Translations under genes and position numbers: made by a program
Notes under the pieces: model-generated
Databases searched by the model: none
What the model was told of the DNA's origin: nothing
The model's input: the letters and a program-made list of their open reading frames with translations, nothing else
Part shown: positions 1 through 12,248 of the stretch, one piece after another
Position numbering within the stretch: the stretch's first letter is position 1
Layout of the letters: every line of letters begins with the position of its first letter
IMG/VR virus record: IMGVR_UViG_3300045988_073563
Direction: 5' to 3' (one strand)
DNA from: a virus
DNA: 64,000 nt

Positions 1-2949
1 TCTGTTGATGCTATCCATGTAGATAAGAAAGGTGTATCTGATGTAGTATTTATCACTTGTGGTATTAAGAAAACACAGGGTGCTAACACAGTAGAGTTAT
101 CTCAATTACCAAATGGTTATGCATTTAAATATGTAATTGATGAAGAGCTTGCTGAGAACTATACTATAGATCAAAACATATCTACTTCTTCAATTAAGAA
201 GAAAATAATATTTATGCTTACTAATGGTGGATAGTTAGTAGATAAAGAAACTATCTATAAGATTAGTGATGGTAAAGACGGAGTAGATGGTGTAGGAGGT
301 TTGGTTACAGACTTTGATAACGACATGATAGCTGTAGCGTGTGACTCTGAAGGTAATGTAGTTAGTGGATTACCTGTAACATCTACAGTAAGTATGTACT
401 ATGGAACTACTAAACTTACATTATATGAGAACCCAACATTGGGTGAAGTAGCGGGAGTAACAGCTACGTCGTCTGTATTAGGTACTATTACTATAACTGC
501 TATTGATAAGTCAGCTCCTGAAGTAATAAGACTACCAGTATCCGTTAAAGCAGTATATCAAGGTAATACTTACATAAGAGACGTCACCTTGACAATTACT
601 AAAGTTAAACCTGGTGCTGATGGTCAAACTCCTAAGATATATCAGTTAGCTCCATCTGTAAGTGCTATCCATGTGAATAAGAATGGTACACCTTCTGTAT
701 CTACTGTATCTTGTGGTATAAGACTGTTTGAAGGAGATTCTACTACTTCAGTAGAAGGTACTCCATATGGTTATTACTTTGCTTATAAGATTGATAATGC
801 TAGTGAAATGAGATACTATGCTAATAATACTATTAATACTAGTGGTATAGTGGCTTATATTACATTCTCGTTATACGACCAAAGGAATAGTAACAGTATA
901 CTTGTAGACCAAGAGACACTATATGTATTGAAAGATGGTGAGGACGGAGAATCTGGATCTGTACCTAACTGGAGTACTTATGTATATAAGAAATCTAATT
1001 CTAGACCTGCTAAACCAACATTTAAGAATCCTAGACCCGGTACTACTGGTATAGACGGGTGGTTAGATTATCCTACTACTTCAGACGGTCAATGGTGGCA
1101 ATGCGTTGGTATGGTAGATGGACCTAAAGATGAAGTACAAACATGGTCTGAAGTTATACAGTTAAATGGTAAAAATGGTGAAGCTTTAGATGGTAAACAT
1201 ACAGAGTTTAGATTTATGTCTATGACTAAAGGTTATGCTCCTAGTATTGCTACTACTGTTAGAAATCCGGCAGGTTGGACTACTACTGTACCAGTAGTTA
1301 ATAGCTACGAATACTTGTGGATGTCACATGCTGAGATAGCTGCTAATGATGAACTGATTGGAGTATGGGATCAACCTGTTAGAATTAGTGGTGAAGATGG
1401 AGCTGCAGGTGAACCGGGTGTTAGTCTATATACTTGGATTAAGTACTCTGATGATCAGCCTACATCTGATTCACAGATATATGATAAACCTAATATGTAC
1501 ACTAAGTATATCGGTTTAGCTTATAATCAAACTAGTTCAGTAGAAAGTACTCGTTATACTGATTATGAATGGGTTAAATGGGTAGGTAATGATGGTGTAA
1601 ATGGTACTAATGGTTTAAGAGGAAGACTTGTATATCCAGCAGGAACTTATATCCATAATAAGACATACGAAGCTACTGATACTCAAGCACCATTTGTATT
1701 ACAAGGTGAAGCATTCTATGTAATGAATAAAACTACTACATGGAATGGTCAAAATCTAGGAGTTACTCCAGAACAAGATTGGAATTCTAATGGAATAAAT
1801 GCTACTTGGATATTGATGGATGACTTTGAAGCAGTATATACTAAGTTACTGATTGCAGACAATGGTACACTTGGAGATTTTGTGTTCAATAAAGAGTACA
1901 TGTTTAGTAAACAAGGTACTGATGCACTTGGACAAGAATCTACTGATTATCAGAACTTTAATAGTACTGTTAAACCATTTTCATTTACAGATACATCTAT
2001 ATGGGCATATAATTTTAAAAGTAGCAGTAGTAATTACAATGGAACTATAACAAGTGATACTATAACTATTACTGGTAAGACATCGTCTTCTTCCGCAACG
2101 GATTATTTAATATGGACTCAAAGTAGTCATAAAGATCTTCCAGAATTTAATATAAATGTGAAAGGCGTTTCTAACAATTCCAACATATATCTATTATATA
2201 ACTATATGACAGAAGGTGGAGTAAGAGAATCTATAAGAATGGATTACGATGGAGTTTATGCTCTACCTAAAAGTTTTATACAAAGTGGTACTCTAAAGTA
2301 TGGTTTATAGTTGGTAGTAAATCTTGCAAGTACCTATTTAAGTGAGAATGTTATAGTTACTTTATTACCTAATAAATTCAATCCAAATTTCTAGGTAAAT
2401 GGGATTACTGGCGAAGTAACAATGAATAAAGCAACAGTAAAGGGAAGATTTAGTACTAATGCTGTAATTCATAAAGTTACTTCATTTACTACTACACATT
2501 CTCTAACTATACCTAATGATTATTCTTTTAAAACTTTATATATAGTTAGATAGAGAGACGATGTAACTGTAACCAATAATACTATAGACCTATACACAGC
2601 TGCTTTTGCAACTCCGGATCCTGAATTCTACCCAGATGAATATTAGGCAGATCAAATGGTATAGGCTTAGCTAAATATAGTAAACTTAACTAGTTATAAT
2701 GTAGATATACACAAAGGACCTAGTAGACTAGATCCAGGTTTTGTATTACCTAATTCGGGCGGTTTTGGAAGTTGTGATACTATTCGACTATACAATGGGG
2801 GTAATGTTACTATAGACTTTATATATTTTAAGAATGAGTTATACGCCATGGGTAGTTAGACTAATGAATTAAGAGTAGTAAAAAATTCTGGAGATTTTGT
2901 GAAGACTACAATAGGAAGTTATACATATGCTGTTAATAAATCATTCTAA
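1..2949 (+). CDS. Tail fibre / receptor-binding protein, 5'-truncated at the window edge (TAG read as sense)
   Basis: Frame 1 is open from nt 1 to TAA 2947-2949 if 8 in-frame TAGs are read through (e.g. 232-234, 2308-2310); there is no TAA or TGA. It contains two copies of a ~95-aa domain (VDAIHVDKKG...KDGVDG and SAIHVNKNG...KDGEDG), as in repeat-built phage fibres. Confidence 0.7.
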
Positions 2950-2951
2950 AA

Positions 2952-3209
2952 ATGACAAACAAAGTAGACAATAAATTAAGATATAGTGCTATCATAGACA
3001 ATAGGTCTGTGGTAGCAGCTATATGTATAAATGAATTAGAGTTTCTAATAACACAAACTGATTTCGTACAGGACAGATAGATACTACAATCTATGATTTG
3101 TGGTTGTGGTAGATAGATTGATACTGATAATCCGTTGAAGTTAGAAACACTGTGTAATATTATAGATTGTAAAGTTTGTAATTCATGTAAGACATGTAAC
3201 ACTTTTTAA
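2952..3209 (+). CDS. Small Cys-rich hypothetical protein (85 aa, 2 in-frame TAG)
   Basis: ATG 2952 to TAA 3207-3209, with TAG at 3078 and 3114 as the only interruptions. The C-terminus is CGCG...CNIIDCKVCNSCKTCN. The gene is invisible in the standard-code ORF track. Confidence 0.4.
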
Positions 3210-3245
3210 CGTTAATAAATATTATTAATTTTAAAACTAAATATT

Positions 3246-3563
3246 ATGTTGATTGATTTTAGAAACATTACAATTAAGAACATTGAGGGAGAAGAATCTA
3301 CAGTTGATATTTCTAAAGATTTAGGAAATCTATTGTATAATTCTGCAGTAAGTCAAGAAGGTTTAGAAATATCTAGAGAACTGTATCATAATGGTGAAAT
3401 GGATGTTACTAAAGAAAATGTAGAAGTACTTAAAGGCATTATAGCTGGTAACTTCTTAGCAGTTATACAAGAATCTTTGAACCCTATTTTTGATAAGATC
3501 ATGAACACTGAAGAAATCGAAACTAGTGCGGAGGAGATTAAGGATGAACAAACAACTTGCTAA
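3246..3563 (+). CDS. Hypothetical acidic protein
   Basis: Track ORF of 105 aa with ATG start, TAA stop and no TAG. Confidence 0.5.
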   Translation: MLIDFRNITIKNIEGEESTVDISKDLGNLLYNSAVSQEGLEISRELYHNGEMDVTKENVEVLKGIIAGNFLAVIQESLNPIFDKIMNTEEIETSAEEIKDEQTTC

Positions 3564-3735
3564 ATATACTGATAGAGAATTGTTAGAGTGGATCTACTTA
3601 TTGTAGATCCATATTCTATCCAAAGTAAACGAGATAGATAACGACGATAAACAGTTTGGAATGAACTTAGCTGCAGATTTATTAGGTAGTGTAGTATATG
3701 ATGCTCAACCAAGAACCACAAGATACGCAAATTAA
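3544..3735 (+). CDS. Small hypothetical protein (63 aa, 1 in-frame TAG)
   Basis: ATG 3544 to TAA 3733-3735 with a single TAG. It overlaps the preceding gene by 20 nt. Confidence 0.3.
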
Positions 3736-3828
3736 AAAGATATATGTTGGATTATATTTATGAAATATTTCATATAAACAAGAACTTAGATATACTTTTC
3801 CCGTTTCAGTATAAAAAAACTGAACAAT

Positions 3829-4356
3829 ATGTGGAAAGATATTAAAGATTACGAAGGTTTATATGAAATAAATTCATCTGGACATATTAGGAGAAAAGGC
3901 AGTGCAAAGCTGTTAAAACAAGCTAAAGGAAAAGATTATATGCAAGTTAGTTTATGTAAATGCAATCATAAAGTCACTAAAACAGTTCATAGACTAGTAG
4001 CAGAAACTTTCTTAGAAAACCCTAATGAACTACGTTGTGTTAATCATAAAGATGAAAACAAGTTAAATAATAATGTAGAAAACCTTGAGTGGTGCAGCGC
4101 AAAATACAATACTAGTTATGGTGACTGTATACAGAGAAGAGCAAACTCTCATAGAGGGAAGAAACATAGATATTCAGAACATGTTAAATGTAGAAAAATA
4201 ACCCAACAATTTGACAATAATATGAATTTAATAAAAGAATTTAACAGCTTAACAGAAGCATCCAAAAGTACAGGTATTGCTATACAAAATATTTCAGCTT
4301 CTTGTTTAGGTAAAACAAAAGAATCCGGTGGATTCATATGGAGGTATAAGACATGA
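3829..4356 (+). CDS. HNH-family homing endonuclease (NUMOD4-like N-terminus plus HNH_3-like core)
   Basis: The N-terminus WKDIKDYEGLYEINSSGHIRR, then HRLVAETFLENPNELRCVNHKDENKLNNNVENLEW, is typical of phage HNH homing endonucleases. The gene has no TAG codons. Its TGA stop overlaps the next start (ATGA). Confidence 0.75.
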   Translation: MWKDIKDYEGLYEINSSGHIRRKGSAKLLKQAKGKDYMQVSLCKCNHKVTKTVHRLVAETFLENPNELRCVNHKDENKLNNNVENLEWCSAKYNTSYGDCIQRRANSHRGKKHRYSEHVKCRKITQQFDNNMNLIKEFNSLTEASKSTGIAIQNISASCLGKTKESGGFIWRYKT

Positions 4357-4754
4357 AATATTTTTCTATCGCAGAATTAACAAAATCTACTACAGCTACA
4401 GCTAAGAAATTAGATAATACTCCTACAGAGTAGGCAGAGAAGAATCTAATTACTCTAGTAGAAAAGGTACTTGATCCACTTAGAGAATTGTATGGTAAAC
4501 CTATTATAGTTAATTCAGGTTATCGCAGTCCAGAAGTAAATAAAGCAGTTAAAGGAGCTAAGACAAGTCAACATGTATTAGGAGAAGCTGCTGATATAAC
4601 AGCAGGTAGCAAAGAAGAGAATAAGAAGTTATTTGAGTTAATCAGAGATAACTTTGAGTTTGATCAACTTATTAATGAGAATGACTACTCATGGATACAT
4701 GTATCATATAGAGAAGGAAGACTTAGAAAACAAATATTAAAGCTTGGTAAATAA
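4353..4754 (+). CDS. Peptidase M15-type cell-wall hydrolase (endolysin candidate)
   Basis: ATG 4353 to TAA 4752-4754 with one in-frame TAG (4431-4433). It carries Zn-ligand-like motifs SQHVLGEAADI and WIHVS, as in the Peptidase_M15_3 / VanY-like fold. Confidence 0.7.
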
Positions 4755-4756
4755 AG

Positions 4757-7700
4757 ATGGTAAGATTTGTTAATTTTAGAGCAAGTGATATATAGCCCAA
4801 TCCTGATGAAGTAATGTACTGGGTTGACCTTAATACTGATCCACTTGGTGGTAGTATAAAGGTATGGAATGCAGAAGGATATTGGGAGACTATAAAAGTA
4901 CTTCAAGGAACTCTACCTGAATTTGAAAACAGAATAAAGAAGTGGGTAGAACAACAATTAAAGAACTTTGATGAGCATCTGAATGAAGAGATACGTCAAT
5001 TTGACGGTAGGATTGCTATCATAAGTTAGGATATAGAGACATTAAAACTAACTAAATAGGATAAACTTATTGCTGGTTCAGGCATAGATATTACTGATAA
5101 TGTAGTATCATGTGTACTGGATCTTACTCTGTATAAGATAGTATCAGAATTACCCACTGAAGACATTGATACTACAAAGATATACTTAGTAGTTGATAGT
5201 GAAGGTACTCATGGTAATCTCTATAAAGAGTATATCTATGTAGATGGAGAGTGGGAACTATTGGGTGAATATAAAGCAGATATAGACTTATCCCCATATC
5301 TTACTAAGGTAGAAGCTGCTGATACTTATGCTACTAAACTAGAACTGCAACAAGAAGTAAATCGTGCAACACAAGCAGAGGTTACTGAGAAGAATAGAGC
5401 ATTAGCTGCAGAGGAACAACTGTCTAAAGACATTGATGCAGAAAAGGATAGAGCTCTTATTGCAGAAAGAGATAACTTCAACCGTATTATAAATGAAATT
5501 GCACGTGCAGAAGCTGCAGAAAAAGCTAATGCTAAAGCAATAGAAGATGAGGCAAAGCGTGCTATAGAAATTGAAACAGCTCTTGCTTCAGGAATGGTAG
5601 AAGAACAGAACAGAGCAATTGAAGCGGAAGAACAGTTACAAGGTGAAATATGGGCTGTAGATGCTAAAATGTCTGAACAGGGTGGTTCTTTAACTGATGC
5701 TATAAATTCTAATACACAAGCTATAGCTGATGAAACTGCTAGAGCTACTCAAGCTGAAGATAATAATAGGAATCTTATTAATGCAATGGATACAGCTTAT
5801 AAGGCTGCTGATACTGCAACTAACACTAAATTAGACAATGAGATTACTAGAGCTAAAGCAGCTGAGAAAACAAATGCAGATGCTATAGTAGTAGAAGCGG
5901 ATCGTAATGATGCACAAGATACTTTAATCAGCAATCTGCAATCAAGCAAAGTTTCTACTGTTAACTTAGTATAGGATCCTGATAATGAGTTACATTATAC
6001 ATTGATGGTAGACTCTACTAATGCTGGTGAAATAAGCATACCTAAGGATAGATTCTTAAAGCAAGCTTATTACGATCCACAGAAGAAGAGCCTTATTTTT
6101 ATATTTGTAACTGAGGATGGTGAACAAACTGTACCTGTAGATATTAGCGATCTAGTAGATACATATACTGCCGGTAATGGTTTAAGTCTAGCGAATAATA
6201 AGTTTAGCATTACTATTGATAGTACTTCTGATTCTTACTTAACTGTAGGAGCTAATGGCATCAAATTATCTGGTGTAGCAGCAGCTATTAACAAACTAGA
6301 TACTGATTACAAAGCAGCAGATACTGCAACTCTTAACTCAGCTAAAGCATATACAGATACTAAAGCATCTGATATAACCGATACAGTTACACAACTACAA
6401 TCAGATATAGAAGCTGAAGAAATCAGAGCTACAGATGTAGAGAATAGATTAGCAGGACAAATATTTGCATTAGACGCTGCAAAACAAGAAAGATTAGTTA
6501 GTGGTGAAACTATTAAGACTGTCAATGGCAGTTCATTACTAGGAGCTGGCAACATTGTTATTGAAGGTGGCAGTGGTGGAGGAATTGATGATGCTCCGTC
6601 TGATAGTAAAGAATACGTTAGAAAGAATGCAGCATGGTCAGCATTACCTACTAGATCTGTAACTCCAGTTGCTGATTCGTTAGTATAGAGAGACGGTTCA
6701 GGTAATCTGATAATTAATAAAGGCTCCATTAATTTCAACAATAACATGGAATGGTGGATGCAGGTTAATTCTGATGGTAACTTCATACTTAACAGTACTG
6801 GTAATGCAAATAAGTTCTTATATAAAGATTATGAAGTAGGAAATTTAAACAATTTATATGTACTTAGGGAAACTGTGATAGATGCTGGAACTCTAGACGA
6901 AAATACATACTATCCTGTTACTATACGTATGGATAGTAAGTACAACAATAGAATAGAAGTGCATACCACATTGGGAGTATCTAGAAAGCCAAGTTGGTCA
7001 ACACATGAACAAGGATTTTCGGTTCATTTTGTAGAAGAAGTTTATCCTTTAGCTTGGGGAATAAACAGTACTACACATAGAAGAATATTATCTTTTAATT
7101 ATAATTGGACGAAAGATAAAGCAGTATATCCTATAGGTAGGGTAACATAGATGGAAAACGGTGGGTCAGAGGTAATATATGTTAGAGGTGGAGGAAGATA
7201 TTATTTTTATACTACTAAAAATGCTTTACCAGTATTAAGGACCTCTGATTATACAGATAGTAGTCAAACTGTATCTCCTAAAGCAGCTAGTGATATGACA
7301 GATGCTGACTATGCTACTTTTAAAAGAACTATGGTTGAAACTGCTGATACTTCTTATGAACCTACTGCAAATAGTATAGTAAAAAGGAATGCGGACGGTT
7401 ATATAAAAGCTAGTTATATAAACACAACTGCAAGTAGGTAGAATGGATATGCTGATACAATGAGTGATGTATTCTTCATGTCCAATGAAGATGGTTACAT
7501 TCGTCGTTGTTCCAAAGCAAAGTTCAAAGAACAAATATCAGGTACAGGTTTAGATGCAGATACATTAGATGGTCAATAGGATGATGCTTATTTGAGATAC
7601 AGAAGTACTACAACAACACATGATGATAACACACTGTGGGATAAGATAGGTATTAAAGAATATTCTTCAGCTAATCCAGACCAACTAGATACTCCGTTTA

Positions 7701-9613
7701 ATTATGGAGCAGCTATATCATTACCTGCGGGTTCAAGAAGATTTGACATATGGTATTCTGACAGCTCATCGACTAATTCTACTTAGAGGGGAGTATTCTA
7801 TAGAACTGGTTGGAATGTAACTAAAAATCCATGGGTTAGATTTTTAGATGCCAATGATATGAGTGCTACAAATGTAGCAAGCAAGATTCCAGTTAGAGAC
7901 GCTAACAAACAGATACTAACTAGTGGTTATAAGAAAGAAGGATCTAGTGATTCATATGTGTTGCTTGGTGCTGGTGGTCACGTAATGTTAGCAAAAGGAG
8001 CTACTGGAAATACCATTGTGCAAAGAGACAATGATGGAATAGTATATGGTAAGTACTTCTATACAGAACAAGAAGACGAACCTTCTAGTGCTACTATATC
8101 TTCAGTATATATAAAAACAACAGATAAAATTATAAGAAGAGTATCATTCGCTAACTTTAAATCAGCATTAAACATTCCTTCTGCATACACATTACCAACT
8201 GCATCTAGTACTACTTTAGGAGGTATCAAGGTAGGAGCAGGATTATCTATTAGTAATGGAGTGTTATCTGCTAATGGAGGTGGCACAGCTGATTCAGTAG
8301 CGTGGGCAAATGTAACAGGTAAGCCAACATGGATAGGAACTGCTAAACCAACTTATAGATTAGATGAAATAGCATCATCAACTAACCAAACTGTAGATGC
8401 TAGTACTACACCTGTATCTAGAAAGAAAATAGTCTATGTAGGTAAATCAGGTAATGGTTGGATAAGTGCAGTTGCATTAGGTATACGAAATGTAAATGGA
8501 TCATTTGGTCCAGCTGTATTATCATTGGGTACTAAAGATACACCGTCAGATACAGCAGCTATTGATGATGGATGGGTAGATTATCAATTCTAGACTAGTG
8601 GTAGAATTGCATCTAAGGCAGGTACATTTGCTGTTACTTCTGATATTCCTACTTCATTAAAGAACCCTAATGCTATTAAGTTTACAGGAGCAGTTACTGG
8701 TACTTATGATGGTTCATCTGCTGTTACTTTGAATATCCCAACTATTGCCGGACCAAAAGGTGATACTGGTGAGAAGGGAGAAAAAGGTGATTAGGGTCCG
8801 TAGGGTTTGAAAGGTGACACTGGGGATCAAGGACCTAGAGGATATGCTGGTTCAGATGGAGCTAATGGTAAATCGTTAGAGTTTGTATGGAGTGGTTATA
8901 CTCTTGGTGTAAGACAAGAAGGTACTACATCATATACTTATTCAACTAGTTTACGTGGAGCAACTGGAGCGAAGGGTGATAAAGGAGATAAGGGTGATAC
9001 AGGTCCAGCTGGTACTACAACGTGGTCTGGTATTACTGGAAAACCATCATGGATTGGTAGTAGCAAACCAACGTATACATGGTCGGAAATCACAAGTAAG
9101 CCATCATGGATCGGTTCAAGTAAACCTTCCTATTCATATTCAGAAATATCTGGTACTCCATCTCTTGCTGATGTAGCCACATCTGGATTATATAATGATC
9201 TAAGTAATAAACCAGTTATTGATACTGCTCTATCTTCTACTAGTACAAATGCAGTTCAGAACAAAGTAATATATGAATAGTTAGTAAAGAAGGCTGAGAT
9301 AGTAGGATATTAGGCAGGTTAGAATGGTTACATAAAGTTTGACAATGGTTTATTAATGCAATGGGGGTATAAAACAGCAAGTTCTACTGGTACTAATACT
9401 ATTTATACACCTATAGCTTTTTATAATGCTACTTATTGTCCTATTATTACTTATCGTGAACCAGGGTAGGGCATGAACATTGTTATAGGCTTAGTTACAC
9501 TTGTACAAAATAGTTATTTTACAATAAGAAGTAGATACACAGTGGGAGATTCGAATGGTACTGGCGCGGGAATCAATGATTTTTATTGGGTAGCCGTTGG
9601 TAGATGGAAATAA
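4757..9613 (+). CDS. Very long tail fibre (1618 codons) with coiled-coil, collagen-like and tandem-repeat segments
   Basis: Track ORFs 4814, 5261, 6002, 6746, 7151, 7592, 7859 and 8807 all share one frame. I read every gap and found only TAG (16 in total) until TAA 9611-9613. The N-terminal motif is YWVDLNTDPLGGSIKVWNAEGYWETI. Long Ala/Glu-rich heptad-like stretches follow, then Gly-X-Y runs. Confidence 0.75.
8750..9013 (+). repeat. Collagen-like Gly-X-Y tracts inside the fibre gene
   Basis: The tracts read GPKGDTGEKGEKGD(TAG)GP(TAG)GLKGDTGDQGPRGYAGSDGANGK and GATGAKGDKGDKGDTGPAG. The two TAGs occupy X/Y positions next to a CAA-encoded GDQ triplet. Confidence 0.8.
9032..9145 (+). repeat. Tandem 19-aa repeat ITGKPSWIGSSKPTYTWSE / ITSKPSWIGSSKPSYSYSE
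   Basis: Two adjacent copies at 9032-9145. A diverged third copy (VTGKPTWIGTAKPTYRLDE) lies at about 8312-8368. Confidence 0.8.
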
Positions 9614-9626
9614 AAAATTAACTGTT

Positions 9627-10157
9627 ATGAAATATTGGAAATAGGGATTCTATGATGAATTTCAAGAAGGTTCGGTTGAAATAACCGAAGAATATTGGCA
9701 GAAACTATTAGTCGGGTAGTCATCAGGAAAAGAAATAAAAGAAAACGAAGTTGGATATCCCATATTGGTCGATTATCAGTATACTATTGATGAATTAAAA
9801 GAAATGAAAATAGCTGACATTAATGCTTATGATAAATCAGATGCGGTAAATTCATTTTATCTTTCAGGAAAAAAAATGTGGTTAGATAAAGAAGACCGAG
9901 TAGGGCTTGTTAACTCAATTAATATTGAGAAACATACTGGTAAACTAGATACAGTTTTATGGTTTGATACAATAAAATATACTATACCTATAACAGATGC
10001 TATATCTATGCTAAATTCATTAGAGTTATATGCACTTAATTGCTATAATACTACCCAACAACACATTTCGGCAATCTATAAATTACAAACAAAAGAGGAA
10101 ATAGAGTCTTATAACTATAAGACAGGTTATCCAGATAAGCTATAGTTTACATTATAA
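9627..10157 (+). CDS. Tail-fibre assembly / chaperone-like protein (DUF4376-like C-terminus)
   Basis: ATG 9627 to TAA 10155-10157 with 3 in-frame TAG. Its position directly after the fibre gene, together with a C-terminal segment (WFDTIKYTIPITDAISMLNSLELYALNCYN...YNYKTGYP), resembles fibre-assembly domains. Confidence 0.5.
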
Positions 10158-10184
10158 ACATATAAAATTAAATAATTTTTTCAT

Positions 10185-10715
10185 ATGAAAGAGAAAATAA
10201 TATTTCTAGCCCAAACGTATGCTCCAAATCCATCGGAGTGTACTTATTGGATTGATTTAAAAGAAGACCCTACAGGGGCTATTATTAAAGTGTGGAATGG
10301 CGCTACATGGAAACCTATTAGTGGAGACACTGAAGTGGTAGCTATGTTACAGGAAGAGATTAAAAAGAAAGCTACTAAGGCTACTACTTTATCTGGTTAT
10401 GGCATTCAAGATGCATATACTAAAGAACAAGTAGATGCAAAAGTAGCATCAGTATATAGAGTAAAAGGATCAGTTGCTGATTTTGATTCATTGCCAAGTA
10501 TTGCATCAATAGGAGATGTGTACAACTTGGATGATACAGGAGCTAATTATGTATGTATTACAGCTAGTCCTGCAGAATGGGATAAATTATCTGAAACTGT
10601 AGATTTAACTAATTGTATTGCATCTGAAGTAGTATCCAATGTAGTTTATCTTACTCAAGCACAATACGAAGCATTATCAGTTAAAGATTCCAAAACATTA
10701 TATTTAATTTACTAA
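10185..10715 (+). CDS. Short fibre-like protein sharing the N-terminal anchor motif of the 4757 fibre
   Basis: NPSECTYWIDLKEDPTGAIIKVWNGATWKPI is paralogous to NPDEVMYWVDLNTDPLGGSIKVWNAEGYWETI at 4796-4890. No TAG; TAA stop. Confidence 0.6.
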   Translation: MKEKIIFLAQTYAPNPSECTYWIDLKEDPTGAIIKVWNGATWKPISGDTEVVAMLQEEIKKKATKATTLSGYGIQDAYTKEQVDAKVASVYRVKGSVADFDSLPSIASIGDVYNLDDTGANYVCITASPAEWDKLSETVDLTNCIASEVVSNVVYLTQAQYEALSVKDSKTLYLIY

Positions 10716-10719
10716 TAAT

Positions 10720-11988
10720 ATGAAATTACAGAATAATGACATAATAGCAGCTTATCTAGGTGCTTAGACTATTTCTGATATTAATTTGGGAGATAACAAT
10801 GTCCTCTCTAATTACTATGGAGTTAGCTTTCCATTAGAACCTCAGAATACTCTTATGACTAGAATAGGTTATATGCCTTGGCATAAGTCATTACCTATTC
10901 AATCTAAAATGAAAACATGTACTATTACTTCTGATGGTACTGTTAAATATATCAATGCATCTGATAGAACTAAGTATGAAGATGGAACTGACAGAGATAT
11001 GACGCTTAATACTATGGTAGAAATACCTGAATTCTGGTATAAGTGTATGAAGAATGAAACAGACGTTTTCCTTAACTTGTATGTTAATGATCCTAAACTA
11101 GCAGACGTGGAACATGTAACTAAATTCTATATTTCAGCATATGAGGCTACTACAGTAGATGATAAGTTGATGTCAGTTAATAATGGTTCTACCCCTACAG
11201 TATCTATCCCCAGAACTACTATGCAATCTAGAGCTAGAGCAAATGGTAGTGAGAAATGGAATATGTATACTTATAAGGCACATAGAATCCTTACTATCCT
11301 TTACTTAGTAGAATACGCATGTACTAATAGTCAAGCAACTTACAATGCTACATTAACTTCAGAAGGATATAGACAAGGCGGACTTGGCGCAGGTGTAACT
11401 GGTGCAGGTCAACCAGTTAAGAATGGTTCTAATATATACTCAATTGTTCCATGTGGTACTACAGATTCACTAGGAAATGCTACAGGTGTAGTTTCATTTA
11501 CTTGGAATAATACTAATGCAGAAGGTGCTACTATATCTACATTCAATTATAATGTACCTAGTTATAGAGGCGTTGAGAATCCATTTGGACACTTATGGAA
11601 GAATGTAATAGATGCATTGGTACACTTTAACTCTACTGATAATTGTAATGATGTAATGTTGAATAATAATCTCGCTACATTTGGTTCAACCACAATAGGT
11701 GATTATACGTTACAGGGACAGACATCAATTAGAGAAGGATATAAGAAGCAGTTGATATATAACTCTGCCTTTGATTTATTCCCATCTAAAGACGAAGCAT
11801 TTGGAGGAAATACTACAACGTATTGGTGCGACTATAATTATACTAATAATAGTACGTCAGACAGAACTTTCCTTTTGGGTGGTCACTCGGCTAGCGGCGG
11901 TGGTGCTGGGTTGCTCTATGTGGGTTCTTACGGTGGGCTTGGTGCTTCCTCTGCTTCTGTCGGTACTCGGTTAATCTATATACCGTAA
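10720..11988 (+). CDS. DGR target protein (putative receptor-binding protein with a C-terminal variable region)
   Basis: ATG 10720 to TAA 11986-11988 with one TAG at 10765-10767. The C-terminus ...YWCDYNYTNNSTSDRTFLLGGHSASGGGAGLLYVGSYGGLGASSASVGTRLIYIP contains the VR, in the C-terminal position typical of lectin-fold DGR targets. Confidence 0.85.
11872..11972 (+). repeat. DGR variable region (VR)
   Basis: This 101-bp segment aligns with 12028-12128 at a fixed offset of 156. Of 66 non-adenine TR positions, 65 are identical. Of 35 TR adenines, 30 are substituted in VR (hand alignment). Confidence 0.9.
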
Positions 11989-12027
11989 AAATATAGAATT
12001 TTGTAAAATAATTAGGTTGTTCTCTTG

Positions 12028-12128
12028 CATTTAGGTAGTAACACGACTAACAGCAGTAATGCTAGGTTACTCAATGTGAATTCTAACAATGAGCTTAGTA
12101 ATTCCAATGCTAATGTCAGTACACTGAT
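12028..12128 (+). repeat. DGR template region (TR), non-coding
   Basis: This is the A-rich copy of VR. In the VR frame it reads H L G S N T T N S S N A R L L N V N S N N E L S N S N A N V S T L I. Its AAY and AGY codons cannot mutate to stop codons by A-substitution. Confidence 0.9.
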
Positions 12129-12248
12129 CCCCAAAACAGAAAAAATATTTAAAAAGCACTGTCAGAGAAGACCTTACCTCTTGGTAAAAAACGACATTTT
12201 AAAACACTGTATTAGTAGCGTAAGCGAAAGTTCGGTATGGGATTTCAG

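Noticed and set aside
11989-12248. Search for an Avd accessory gene between the target, TR and RT
   Set aside because: No ORF of suitable size (about 100-130 aa, helical) exists here or immediately upstream, even when TAG is read as sense. I report the DGR as apparently Avd-less rather than inventing one.
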